From assembly GCA_009691405.1 (NCBI GenBank), contig SICN01000001.1:11651-75650 (forward strand): a stretch of DNA of 64,000 bases, given 5' to 3'. The translations under genes were made by a program, and so were the position numbers. Of this stretch, positions 1 through 8,370 are shown in pieces; the stretch's first letter is position 1; each line of letters opens with the position of its first letter. The notes beneath the pieces were generated by a model that was not told the origin of the DNA, did no database searches, and saw nothing but the letters and a program-made list of their open reading frames with translations. This DNA is from Candidatus Peribacteria bacterium (GTDB lineage Bacteria > Patescibacteriota > Gracilibacteria > Peribacterales > Peribacteraceae).

Positions 1-342
1 GGCTTTGCAGGCGAATTCCAGATCGGCGGCATGGCAGAAGTGATTCACACCGAGCGCGCTTACGAGCATGCCGCTCGTGGGTTTGACCGCGTACGGATGA
101 CTTTCCGATCCGACGAACAATGCGCCGACTGCTTGTGGGTCGATGTTCCCGGTTTGCAGAGCAATCTTCGCCGCTTCCCATGCGATCGTGAAGGTGTCTT
201 CATCGGACGACGGTACGGACTTCTCGAGAATGCCGAGCTGATCCGCTTGTTCCGTTCCGCGCTTCCAGTGAGTGGCAATCACCTTTGCTTCGATACGGTT
301 TCCAGGGATATAGCGACCGAAACTGAGGATACAGGCGTGCAT
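1..342 (-). CDS. mvaS: Hydroxymethylglutaryl-CoA synthase, archaeal-type (5' part only; runs off the window start)
   Basis: Not in the ORF track. Manual minus-strand translation: MHACILSFGRYIPGNRI...EKSVPSSDEDTFT...GSESHPYAVKP...DLEFACKA, with the catalytic Cys motif. Alternative ATG at 348; TATAAT just upstream. Confidence 0.9.
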   Translation of the reverse strand, partial: MHACILSFGRYIPGNRIEAKVIATHWKRGTEQADQLGILEKSVPSSDEDTFTIAWEAAKIALQTGNIDPQAVGALFVGSESHPYAVKPTSGMLVSALGVNHFCHAADLEFACKA

Positions 343-372
343 GAGCATGGGATTATATCATTCTATTTGAGC

Positions 373-1539
373 TTATCTCGCGAGCGTGTTGTGTGCTTTC
401 GCCAGATCATGAGTTGCTTGCGCCGCAAGGAGCGATACCTCTCCTGCTAGCACCGCCGCAGCGATGCTCTCCGCAAGTTGCTGCTTGATCGGCAGACCGG
501 ATTTATTTTTCAGAAGCAGATTCAAGCACTGTGCCTGACCCGGCAATGTCGTTCCACCACCGCGAACACCGACTAAGATTGCAGGAATTCGTACGCGGAC
601 AGAAAGTCCGCTCCCTAGATCTTCCACGGTCGTATCTGCGAGCGATCCTTCGACCGTGTGCGCGATATCTTGTCCCGTTGCGAGATAGAGAGCGGCGATG
701 ATGTTCGCCGCGTGCAAATTGCTGCCGAGAGCTCCGGCAAGTGTTGATCCATGAATCAGCTTTGCCTGTGCGACCTGCATCATCGCTTCGGGCGTTGTCT
801 TCAGTACGTCTTCGATGATTTCTTTCGAGAGAATCACACTCGCGTGCACTTCGTATCCGCGACCGAGATCGTGCGTGCGTTTGCTTGGCTTCTTATCACT
901 GTCCACATTGCCCGCAATCGTCACGCACCGAATGCCTGTCACTGTGGTAACTACCCAATCCGCTATTGCCTGAGCTGCGAAAGTCACCATGTTCATGCCC
1001 ATCGCTTCATCCGTATCGCAGGAAATTGTGAGGAACACATACTGTTTCTGAAGATCGAGCGTGAAAGCTTTCACAGTGAGATGACTGCTCGTTGCTTGTG
1101 CGGCGGCTTTCCAGAGAGTTTCTTTGGTTCGCAGTGTGTCCACAAGTTCTTGCACTTTTCCCGATGACGGTGCGCGGAAGGCAATTGATCGCGTGATGCC
1201 GTGATGGATGGCTTTCGTGATGCTTACTCCGGCTATCGATGTCGCTTTGCACCCCCTGTTGATACTCGCTACGAGTGCACCTTCGGTTGTGGCGATCGGA
1301 AGATGGAGTTCGGTACTGTGATTATTTGAGAATGTGAGTTTTAAAGGTCCTGCGTAACCGACAGGAACAGAGACGACCCCGAACATCTGTTCACAGTTTT
1401 TCTTCTCGCTCTCGCCGATGACGTTTTCATTCGGTTCGAGATGACTGAGGCTGAAGCTGAGTTCTCGTTCGATGAGTGTGCGACGCTGGTTGATGCGCTG
1501 TGATGAGCTCAGTTGTTCTGGGAGGTTACGGAGGTCCAT
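373..1539 (-). CDS. hmgA: HMG-CoA reductase, class I (NADPH)
   Basis: Motifs TTEGALVAS, DEAMGMNM, GNVDSDKK, GQDIAH, GGGT and C-terminal catalytic His (LAKAH). Start moved to MDLRNL at 1539, which has TATTCT 6 nt upstream; the ORF-track extension runs through repeats. Confidence 0.92.
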   Translation of the reverse strand: MDLRNLPEQLSSSQRINQRRTLIERELSFSLSHLEPNENVIGESEKKNCEQMFGVVSVPVGYAGPLKLTFSNNHSTELHLPIATTEGALVASINRGCKATSIAGVSITKAIHHGITRSIAFRAPSSGKVQELVDTLRTKETLWKAAAQATSSHLTVKAFTLDLQKQYVFLTISCDTDEAMGMNMVTFAAQAIADWVVTTVTGIRCVTIAGNVDSDKKPSKRTHDLGRGYEVHASVILSKEIIEDVLKTTPEAMMQVAQAKLIHGSTLAGALGSNLHAANIIAALYLATGQDIAHTVEGSLADTTVEDLGSGLSVRVRIPAILVGVRGGGTTLPGQAQCLNLLLKNKSGLPIKQQLAESIAAAVLAGEVSLLAAQATHDLAKAHNTLAR

Positions 1540-1553
1540 GAGAGCAGAATATG

Positions 1554-1690
1554 TTCTTTCTTTGTTTGTGCAAAGAAAGAACCAAAGAAAGCACAGCGCG
1601 CCAATTCCCGCCAGCTCACCCCCATCAGCCTTCGCCAAGGCTACGGCCGACAAGCCTGTGGCGCGCGCCAACCCTTTGGATGTCGCTTTA
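1554..1690. repeat. Composite palindromic intergenic element containing a family-A element (1625-1656)
   Basis: TTCTTTCTTTG...CAAAGAAAGAA inverted repeat, followed by TCAGCC-TTC-GCCAAGGC-TAC-GGCCGA-CAAG. Confidence 0.7.
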
Positions 1691-1692
1691 CT

Positions 1693-2715
1693 TCACGACA
1701 GATGCGATGCTCCTCCCGTTTTTGCCTTAAAAATTATGCAATCCTTCTGCGCTTCCGCAAAAGCTACCACTGCCGCAAGGCTGTCTCCGGTGCAGATCAA
1801 ATGCACGGTTGGCCCCGCGTCCATTGTATACAGCACGTTCAGTTTGTCGCTTTTTCTCAGACGCTCGATGTCGCGGATGATCCGGTGGGTTGCGTTGGAA
1901 AGATACTGCAGAGACGGGGTCTGCGTTTGCATTACGCGGTGCATCTCGAGTGCGTCTTCCTCGGAAACTTTTCTGAGTTTCTCAAAATCTTTTGTTTCGA
2001 GTGCGCTGATGCATTCCTGCATTCGTCTTGGAATTTCGTTGAGCCGCTTTGCAAACAGTGGGCTTGTTGCGGCTTTCGCATGGCCTTCCGTCGATCCGAC
2101 TTTTTTCTCTTTCTGGTCGGGTACGAGAATGATGTCGTGAAGCATCCAGTCCTGTTCGCTTGCGATTTGTCTTCCGTATGCCGAACCGATGCCCTCGCCG
2201 TGATTTTCGAGCGCAACATAGCCGCCGAAGCTGTTGCGTGCGCCCGATCCTGCGCCAAGCCTGCCGAGGATGCTGATTTCTTTCCGTGAGAGAGCGTCGC
2301 CTTTCACGAGAGCGCCGTAGGCTTCCGCGAGACAACTGAAGACAGCGGCAGATGATGCGATACCGATGGCGGGTGGGACGCCGGAGTGAATGACGATAGA
2401 AACGTTTTCAGGAAGTTCTTCATCGCGCCCGATGGTTCGGAGAAATTCCTTCGACAGTGCGTAGTGTTTCTCAAGCCTTGCAATGGACGCATCGCTCTGG
2501 GGTTTTTCGACGCCGTCATGATCGTACGATTGCACCGAAATTTTTTCAGCCAGTTCAATCGCTACGCGCACTGTTGGGAAATCCAGCACCATCGACACAG
2601 AGTCGGCAGCCGGAAGGCGCCACTCATTATTGCGATTGCCCCAATACTTGATGAGAGCGATGTTTGGTGAGGAGTGAGCGTGGATCATGGAAGTATCGGC
2701 GAACGCGGCAAGCAT
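1693..2715 (-). CDS. mvaD: Diphosphomevalonate (or phosphomevalonate) decarboxylase, GHMP family
   Basis: NIALIKYWG, GIASSA, RLGAGSG and DAGP motifs. Start could instead be ATG 2688 (MIHAHSSP). Confidence 0.88.
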   Translation of the reverse strand: MLAAFADTSMIHAHSSPNIALIKYWGNRNNEWRLPAADSVSMVLDFPTVRVAIELAEKISVQSYDHDGVEKPQSDASIARLEKHYALSKEFLRTIGRDEELPENVSIVIHSGVPPAIGIASSAAVFSCLAEAYGALVKGDALSRKEISILGRLGAGSGARNSFGGYVALENHGEGIGSAYGRQIASEQDWMLHDIILVPDQKEKKVGSTEGHAKAATSPLFAKRLNEIPRRMQECISALETKDFEKLRKVSEEDALEMHRVMQTQTPSLQYLSNATHRIIRDIERLRKSDKLNVLYTMDAGPTVHLICTGDSLAAVVAFAEAQKDCIIFKAKTGGASHLS

Positions 2716-2772
2716 GCCGCTCCCATTGTATCCAAAGTATTGAACTCATGGGGAGCGCGATGCTTCGCGCGT
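2703..2772. repeat. Inverted pair of 22-23 nt REP-like palindromes (family B)
   Basis: 2703-2725 on minus reads TGGGAGCGGCATGCTTGCCGCGT; 2751-2772 on plus reads GGGAGCGCGATGCTTCGCGCGT. An identical copy of the first lies at 45421-45443. Confidence 0.75.
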
Positions 2773-2774
2773 CG

Positions 2775-3599
2775 TTATGGCAGCACGAGCACCATTCCGC
2801 CGCCCCCCGACCTGCTTCCCGCACCGAGGATCTTTGCAGCTCCGCCGTTCACTTCGATTTCCGCGATCATCGTTTGCACGCTTTCGGGTACCACGCCGAG
2901 TGCGATTTGCGCGCGGTGATGGTCGTGCAGAACATCTCGAATCGATTCTCCTTCAAGAATTCTCTCCGTGCAGCGACCGATCGTGTCGATCGCTTGTCGC
3001 ACTTCGGGTTCGTTATCTTCGTAGCGTGAGCGTATCCATGCAACCAGTGTGGGAGTCGGCTCGGACGGATTGCCGGTGTCGATCAGTTTCATGCCGCGGA
3101 GAAGCTCCGAAGACAATTCGATTTGTTCTGGTACCCTGTCTTTCTCGAAGAGGATCGGTTTCTCTTCCCAGATGACCGTGAAGTCGATGCCGCTGTTGCC
3201 TGTATTCATTTCGTTCTCCAATTCGAGTGCAATTTTTGCTGAGTCCGGACCGATAAGGCAGCGGCACATGGCGATGATGAGGGATGTCGAGCTGCCCATG
3301 CCTTTTCCGAGGGGCAAAGCATTCTCGATCGTGAGTGTGCCGGAGACAGGCTTCGCTTTGTTGATGATTTTTTCAGCGACCTTCCGTGCATAATCGATCC
3401 AAAGTGCCCCCACCCCTTCCCCTCCCCCGAGAGGGGAGGGGACGAAATGGATGGTGATGCCATTATTCTTTTGGCTTTCCTCCAATGTGATGTTCATTCT
3501 CAAATCTGACGGTATCGCGATGCCGCGTTTGCCGAAGAGCACGGCATACTCGCCGCTGAGGATGATTTTGCCGGAGGCGGACGCAGAACGTGTCTTCAT
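2775..3599 (-). CDS. mvk: Mevalonate kinase (GHMP)
   Basis: GKIILSGEYAV, PLGKGMGSS, SGID and AKILGAG..GGGG motifs; mevalonate cluster context. Confidence 0.85.
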   Translation of the reverse strand: MKTRSASASGKIILSGEYAVLFGKRGIAIPSDLRMNITLEESQKNNGITIHFVPSPLGGGEGVGALWIDYARKVAEKIINKAKPVSGTLTIENALPLGKGMGSSTSLIIAMCRCLIGPDSAKIALELENEMNTGNSGIDFTVIWEEKPILFEKDRVPEQIELSSELLRGMKLIDTGNPSEPTPTLVAWIRSRYEDNEPEVRQAIDTIGRCTERILEGESIRDVLHDHHRAQIALGVVPESVQTMIAEIEVNGGAAKILGAGSRSGGGGMVLVLP

Positions 3600-3611
3600 A
3601 GCATGGATTCT

Positions 3612-4313
3612 TTAACCGCCGAATCTTCTCTTTCTTCGTTCATACTCTTTCAGTGCGGCATCGAGATCATCGACCCCGATATCGGGGAAGTATTTCGGGC
3701 TGAAGATCCATTCGGCGTACGCGCTCTGCCAGAGGAAAAAATTGCTTGTGCGTTGTTCGCCCGAAGAACGGAGGATGATGTCGATTGCGGGGAGCTCCGG
3801 ATGGTCGAGATGTTGACGAATGGATTCTTCCGTGACCGCGGGCAGGGATGCCCGCACTGTTTGCGTGTGCAATTTTTCTATCGCTCTCACCACTTCATCT
3901 TTTCCTCCGTAGTCGACTGCAAGGTGCAGGGTGAAACCGGTCTCATCTTTTGTTGCTTCTTCCGTTTGCTCGATCAGCGTGCGAAGCGAAGTTGGAATGC
4001 GATCACGTCTTCCCGAATGCACGAAGCGTGTGTGATTTTCTTTCAGTTCACGTCCCTCTTTTCGAAGATACTCTTCAAGCATCGTCATGAGCATCGAAAT
4101 TTCTTTTTTGTCGCGCTTCCAATTTTCGGTCGAGAAGCACCAAACCGTGAGGACATTCACTCTCGGGTCTTTCCTGCACCAGTCCGTGAGCGTGCGGAAA
4201 TTCTCGACGGCCTTCTCGTGACCTTTCCACACGGCTTCCAGCTTGTGTTCTTTTGCCCATCGACGATTGCCGTCGGGGATGATGGCAAGATGGAGTAAAG
4301 GTGTGTCGATCAT
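3612..4313 (-). CDS. uppS: Polyprenyl (undecaprenyl) diphosphate synthase
   Basis: IPDGNRRW, FSTENWKR, YGGKDE and RSSGEQRTSNFFLWQ motifs. Start at 4313 overlaps the idi stop (ATGA). Confidence 0.93.
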   Translation of the reverse strand: MIDTPLLHLAIIPDGNRRWAKEHKLEAVWKGHEKAVENFRTLTDWCRKDPRVNVLTVWCFSTENWKRDKKEISMLMTMLEEYLRKEGRELKENHTRFVHSGRRDRIPTSLRTLIEQTEEATKDETGFTLHLAVDYGGKDEVVRAIEKLHTQTVRASLPAVTEESIRQHLDHPELPAIDIILRSSGEQRTSNFFLWQSAYAEWIFSPKYFPDIGVDDLDAALKEYERRKRRFGG

Positions 4314-4840
4314 GATTGCAGAGAGGAGAGTGCTTTCGGAAGTCCAAGATGGAACCATGGTGCGTATTGATCTTTCTTCGCTGCCATATCGGACGACAGT
4401 GCAGCAAGGCTGATCCATTGCCACTCCAATACTTCTTCGGGATTCGAATTCATATGCTGATCTTCCGGAACGATGCCTGTGAGAATCGTATCGTACTCAT
4501 CTTCGACTCCATGTCCGCTCGGATCCTCCGCGCGATAGGTGAATGAGGGTCCTTCTTCAAGCGCACAGGTGAAGCCAAGTTCTTCTTGAAGTCTTCTTTC
4601 TCCGGCTTCACTTGAAGACTCTCCGCGCAAGGGATGACTGCAGCACGTGTTTGCCCAGAAGAGAGGCCACAGCATTTTCTTCGCGCTCCTCTTTTGTATG
4701 ATCATCTTCGACTTCTCCGGATTGAAGACGTAGACCGAGAACGCGCGATGTCGGATACCGGTTCCCGTATGTGCGGCAAGAAGCCCCACATCGCCGAGGT
4801 CGCTGCCTGCTTCGTCCGTATGGATAACGGTGCGTGTCAT
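4310..4840 (-). CDS. idi: Isopentenyl-diphosphate delta-isomerase, type I (Nudix)
   Basis: HRAFSVYVF, WANTCCSHP, RRLQEELG, NPEEV and APWF motifs. Start MTRTVIH has TACACT 6 nt upstream. Confidence 0.92.
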   Translation of the reverse strand: MTRTVIHTDEAGSDLGDVGLLAAHTGTGIRHRAFSVYVFNPEKSKMIIQKRSAKKMLWPLFWANTCCSHPLRGESSSEAGERRLQEELGFTCALEEGPSFTYRAEDPSGHGVEDEYDTILTGIVPEDQHMNSNPEEVLEWQWISLAALSSDMAAKKDQYAPWFHLGLPKALSSLQS

Positions 4841-4922
4841 GGGAAAAGTGTATCCCAAAGGGGGAGTAAATGTCTTGCGCTTCAGTTGAATCCGTTTGCC
4901 TATCGGCGGTACGATAGCATTC

Positions 4923-5546
4923 ATGGATTTCAGCCATACTCTCAGGAAGCAGCGTCTTGCTTTGGGGCTTGCAGTCGTTGCGGGACTTTCTTTTGCTTAT
5001 GCCGCCGTTCGCGATCTTCAGGAAGATGTTTCAAAGACACGCTTCACCGGCGTTATCACAGCGCTCGCAAAAGACGATGCATCGGGCAGCCACAATTACG
5101 ATATGTTCCTCAAAGTCGATACGGTGACGGGTGATGCTACCGACTTCAAACACAGGAACGAAATCAGCGTCGATTCCTTCAGTTGGAACGAGTCCCGCGC
5201 GATCGGCGCGCCGCGCCCTTCGATGGACGCCTTCGTCGTGACCATGCCTGGGAGCAGCGCATCGCCGAAATTGTTTCTCTACGGTGCCGGCGGCACGAGA
5301 ATTCCGAGAGTCGCTTTGAGCGTGAAAATGAAGGGGGGTAGTGAAGATTTCCTCAAGTGGGTGCTGACCGATGCACAAGTGCTCTCCTATAAGACCGTCA
5401 CCAATACGCACGGGGACGGAGTGATGGACCAGGTCACGTTTAGTTTTGCGAAGATCGAAACAGAGATGCACCAAGTGCTCCCCGACGGTTCCCTCGGCCC
5501 CGCGGCAAAAGCCGGGTGGGATCAGAGGACGAACAAGGCGAATTGA
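4923..5546 (+). CDS. hcp: Orphan Hcp-family (T6SS tube-like) protein with N-terminal hydrophobic signal/anchor
   Basis: DMFLKVDTVTGDATDFKHRNEISVDSFSW, ASPKLF, VTFSFAKIE and DGSLGPAAKAGWD match the Hcp1 pattern. N-terminus RKQR-LALGLAVVAGLSFAYAAV. Confidence 0.85.
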   Translation: MDFSHTLRKQRLALGLAVVAGLSFAYAAVRDLQEDVSKTRFTGVITALAKDDASGSHNYDMFLKVDTVTGDATDFKHRNEISVDSFSWNESRAIGAPRPSMDAFVVTMPGSSASPKLFLYGAGGTRIPRVALSVKMKGGSEDFLKWVLTDAQVLSYKTVTNTHGDGVMDQVTFSFAKIETEMHQVLPDGSLGPAAKAGWDQRTNKAN

Positions 5547-5550
5547 TATT

Positions 5551-6264
5551 TTATTTCGCCAATCTTCTCTTCCGTACAAGTTCGGAAGCTTTGAAGAGAC
5601 TTTCGAACGTCCCTGCATCGATCCATTCTTTCTTCAGAATCGTTGCTTCGGCATTTCCATGTTCCACGTACCAGCGGCTGACATCCGTGATTTCGAGTTC
5701 GCCCCGTGGTGAGGGTTTCATCGTGCGGATGAAATCGAAGCAGTGGTTGTCGTAGACGTAGCAGCCCGTCACTGCCAGATTCGATTTCGGTTTCAGGGGC
5801 TTCTCTTCGATCGACATGACGCGGCCGTTTTCCATCTCCGCCACGCCGAAGCGTTCCGGATCGTGCACTTCTTTCAGTAGAAGCAGCGTCCCGCTCTTGA
5901 AAGACTTGATCACGGATGAAAGATCATCGAAAAATACGTTGTCACCGAGAATGGCGCAGACACTCTCACCGTTGGCGAACGTTTCTGTGAGACCCAGAGC
6001 TTGTGCGATCCCTTTCGGTTGATCCTGCACGCAGTAGTGAAACGTGCAGCCGAAACGTTTCCCGCTGCCGAGGAATGCCGCCATCTGATCCATGTGTTCG
6101 TTGCCCGTGACGATCGCGATGTCGGTGATCCCCGCATCCAGAAGCACCTGCAGTGGGTAAAGGATTAGCGGTTTGTCGTAGACGGGAAGAAGGCTTTTGT
6201 TCGTTATTTCTGTCAGAGGTTTTAGCCTTGAACCGCTTCCGCCGCAGATGAGAACGCCTTTCAT
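5551..6264 (-). CDS. rmlA: Glucose-1-phosphate thymidylyltransferase (short form)
   Basis: GGSGSRLKPLT, KSLLPVYDKP, LGDN, RGELEITD and WIDAGT motifs. Confidence 0.9.
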   Translation of the reverse strand: MKGVLICGGSGSRLKPLTEITNKSLLPVYDKPLILYPLQVLLDAGITDIAIVTGNEHMDQMAAFLGSGKRFGCTFHYCVQDQPKGIAQALGLTETFANGESVCAILGDNVFFDDLSSVIKSFKSGTLLLLKEVHDPERFGVAEMENGRVMSIEEKPLKPKSNLAVTGCYVYDNHCFDFIRTMKPSPRGELEITDVSRWYVEHGNAEATILKKEWIDAGTFESLFKASELVRKRRLAK

Positions 6265-6309
6265 GGCTGCATTCTGACATTTTCTTGATGTTCTTGCTAG
6301 AATGACACC
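6265..6309. promoter_or_regulatory. Back-to-back -10 boxes, putative leaderless promoters for rmlA and rmlB
   Basis: CAGAAT on minus (6271-6276) and TAGAAT on plus (6298-6303), each 6 nt from its ATG. Confidence 0.6.
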
Positions 6310-7263
6310 ATGAATCTTCTTGTAACGGGCGGCGCTGGCTTTATTGGCTCACACTTCGTGCTGCGTCATGTTGAGGCTTTTCCGAAAGACCGTCTCGTTG
6401 TGCTTGATAAACTGACGTATGCCGCTGACAAAAAATTTCTGAGTCCGGTCCTCCAGAGCATCACGTTTGTCGAAGGCGATATCGCCGATATGACGCTCGT
6501 GAAGACGCTCGTGAGCGATCACGCCATCGATACAATCGTCGATTTTGCAGCAGAAACGCATGTGGATCGGAGCATTGCTGATCCGTTTCCGTTTCTCCAG
6601 ACGAACGTACTCGGCGTGGCGAGTTTGATCGAAGCGTGCAAAGCAAATCCTAGCGTCAGATTTCTGCATGTTTCGACGGATGAAGTGTACGGCGATCTCA
6701 AAGACGACGATGCCCCCAAACGCATCGAGGATCCGCTCCGTCCGAGTTCCCCGTATGCCGCGAGCAAAGCCTCTGGAGATCTTCTCATCGAAGCCGCGGA
6801 GCGCACATACGGCATCAAAGCGGCGATCTCGCGTTGCACCAACAACTTCGGTCCGCATCAGGCTGGTGAAAAATTCATTCCGACCGTCATACGCTGCGCC
6901 ATGCACGATCAGCCGATTCCGATTTACGCTGAGGGCAAAAACAAAAGGGATTGGCTCTATGTGACGGATCACTGCGATGCGCTTGAAATGATTCTGAAAA
7001 CGCCGAACGCATTCGACGCATGCAAGATTTTCAACGTTTCTGCCGACAGCGAGAAGGAAAACATCGACGTGGCCAGAGCGATCCTGAAGATTCTCGGAAA
7101 GCCCGAGAGCCTTTTTGCTTTCGTCAAAGACCGTCCGGGTCATGACTGGAGATACGCACTCGATTCGTCTCAGACCCGCGCACTCGGCTGGAAGCCGAAC
7201 ATCAGCTTCGAGGAGGGACTCTCAAAGACGATTTCGTGGTACGGGCAGCGTTTTGTCGGCTAA
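6310..7263 (+). CDS. rmlB: dTDP-glucose 4,6-dehydratase
   Basis: GGAGFIG, DKLTYA, AAETHVDRSI, STDEVYG, YAASK and DRPGHDWRY motifs. Confidence 0.93.
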   Translation: MNLLVTGGAGFIGSHFVLRHVEAFPKDRLVVLDKLTYAADKKFLSPVLQSITFVEGDIADMTLVKTLVSDHAIDTIVDFAAETHVDRSIADPFPFLQTNVLGVASLIEACKANPSVRFLHVSTDEVYGDLKDDDAPKRIEDPLRPSSPYAASKASGDLLIEAAERTYGIKAAISRCTNNFGPHQAGEKFIPTVIRCAMHDQPIPIYAEGKNKRDWLYVTDHCDALEMILKTPNAFDACKIFNVSADSEKENIDVARAILKILGKPESLFAFVKDRPGHDWRYALDSSQTRALGWKPNISFEEGLSKTISWYGQRFVG

Positions 7264-7275
7264 CATACTCGACTC

Positions 7276-8370
7276 ATGCACATCCTTCTCGCCACAGGCA
7301 TTTACCCGCCCGATATCGGCGGGCCTGCCACGTACGCAGAAAAATTGGCGCAGGAGTTTCTCAATCTCGGTCACACCGTGACGGTCGTCACGTATGGTTC
7401 GGTGCGTCCGAATGCCTCTGAGCGCGAAAGATTGACTGTCATTCCCGTGAGCAAGGTCGGGAGCGTCTTGTCCCGTTGGTTTCGCTATTCGCGGGCGCTA
7501 CGGAAGTACGGCAGCGATGCCGATGTCATGATCGCATTCTCGTCGGTGAGCACGGGAGTCCCCCTGATGTTTTCCGGTCTCAAGAAGCCGAAGAAAATCC
7601 TGCGTCTGGGAGGAGATTTTTTCTGGGAGCGGTATACGGACGGCGGCGGGATGAAGAGCCTTTCTGACTGGTACCGATCGGTCTGCGGTTTTTGGCGGAT
7701 CGTCAATTTCACGTTTATGGCTGGCATTCTCCGGTCGTTCGATGCTCTCGTGTATTCGACGGAATTTCAGAAATTTATTCATGAAAAAGAGTATGCGGGG
7801 TTGCCAAAAAGCACGGTGATTGAGAATGCAAGACCCACCTGCGCCCCGAACAGCGGGGCTTCGGTGGGCAGGCCACATCAACCGTTTAGGCTTCTTTTCA
7901 TGGGTCGCTTCGTAGGATTCAAGAATTTGCTGGCACTGCTCGATGCGATCGTGAACATGCCAAATGTCACGTTGACGCTTGTCGGATCTGGTCCGATGGA
8001 ACAGGCGCTCCGTGCAAAGACGACAGCGTTGAATCTCGGCAGCCGCGTGCGATTTCAAGCACCGGTTTCGGGTGAAGAGAAGAGTCGTGTTTTTGCAGAG
8101 CATGATCTTTTGATTCTTCCGTCGGTGACGGAGATTAGTCCGAATACGGCGCTCGAGGCCGCAGCCGAAGGATTGCCTGTGCTCTTGACTACGGAAACAG
8201 GACTTTCGGGGAGTGGGATGATTTGCCTGAAGCCGCTTCGGTTAGCCAGCCAGATTGCTTCCGCGATCCGTGAGTGCATCGAGCATCCCGTATCCACCTC
8301 GAACGATGTGCAGGTCAGGACGTACGCGAAAGTGGCGCAAGATTGGATGCAATTTTTTTCTTCCCTATGA
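7276..8370 (+). CDS. Glycosyltransferase family 4
   Basis: GIYPPDIGGPATY, GRFVGFKN and EISPNTALEA motifs. Carries an in-frame family-A element at 7834-7874. Confidence 0.88.
   Translation: MHILLATGIYPPDIGGPATYAEKLAQEFLNLGHTVTVVTYGSVRPNASERERLTVIPVSKVGSVLSRWFRYSRALRKYGSDADVMIAFSSVSTGVPLMFSGLKKPKKILRLGGDFFWERYTDGGGMKSLSDWYRSVCGFWRIVNFTFMAGILRSFDALVYSTEFQKFIHEKEYAGLPKSTVIENARPTCAPNSGASVGRPHQPFRLLFMGRFVGFKNLLALLDAIVNMPNVTLTLVGSGPMEQALRAKTTALNLGSRVRFQAPVSGEEKSRVFAEHDLLILPSVTEISPNTALEAAAEGLPVLLTTETGLSGSGMICLKPLRLASQIASAIRECIEHPVSTSNDVQVRTYAKVAQDWMQFFSSL

Noticed and set aside
1540-1671. ORF-track N-terminal extensions (hmgA, uppS, idi, def, NIF3-like, 50484 start, 34726 start)
   Set aside because: They run through repeats or neighbouring genes. 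Downstream starts match family N-termini and carry -10 boxes or stop/start overlaps.
4923-5546. A type VI secretion gene cluster
   Set aside because: Only Hcp is present; no sheath, baseplate, VgrG or membrane-complex genes are in the window.
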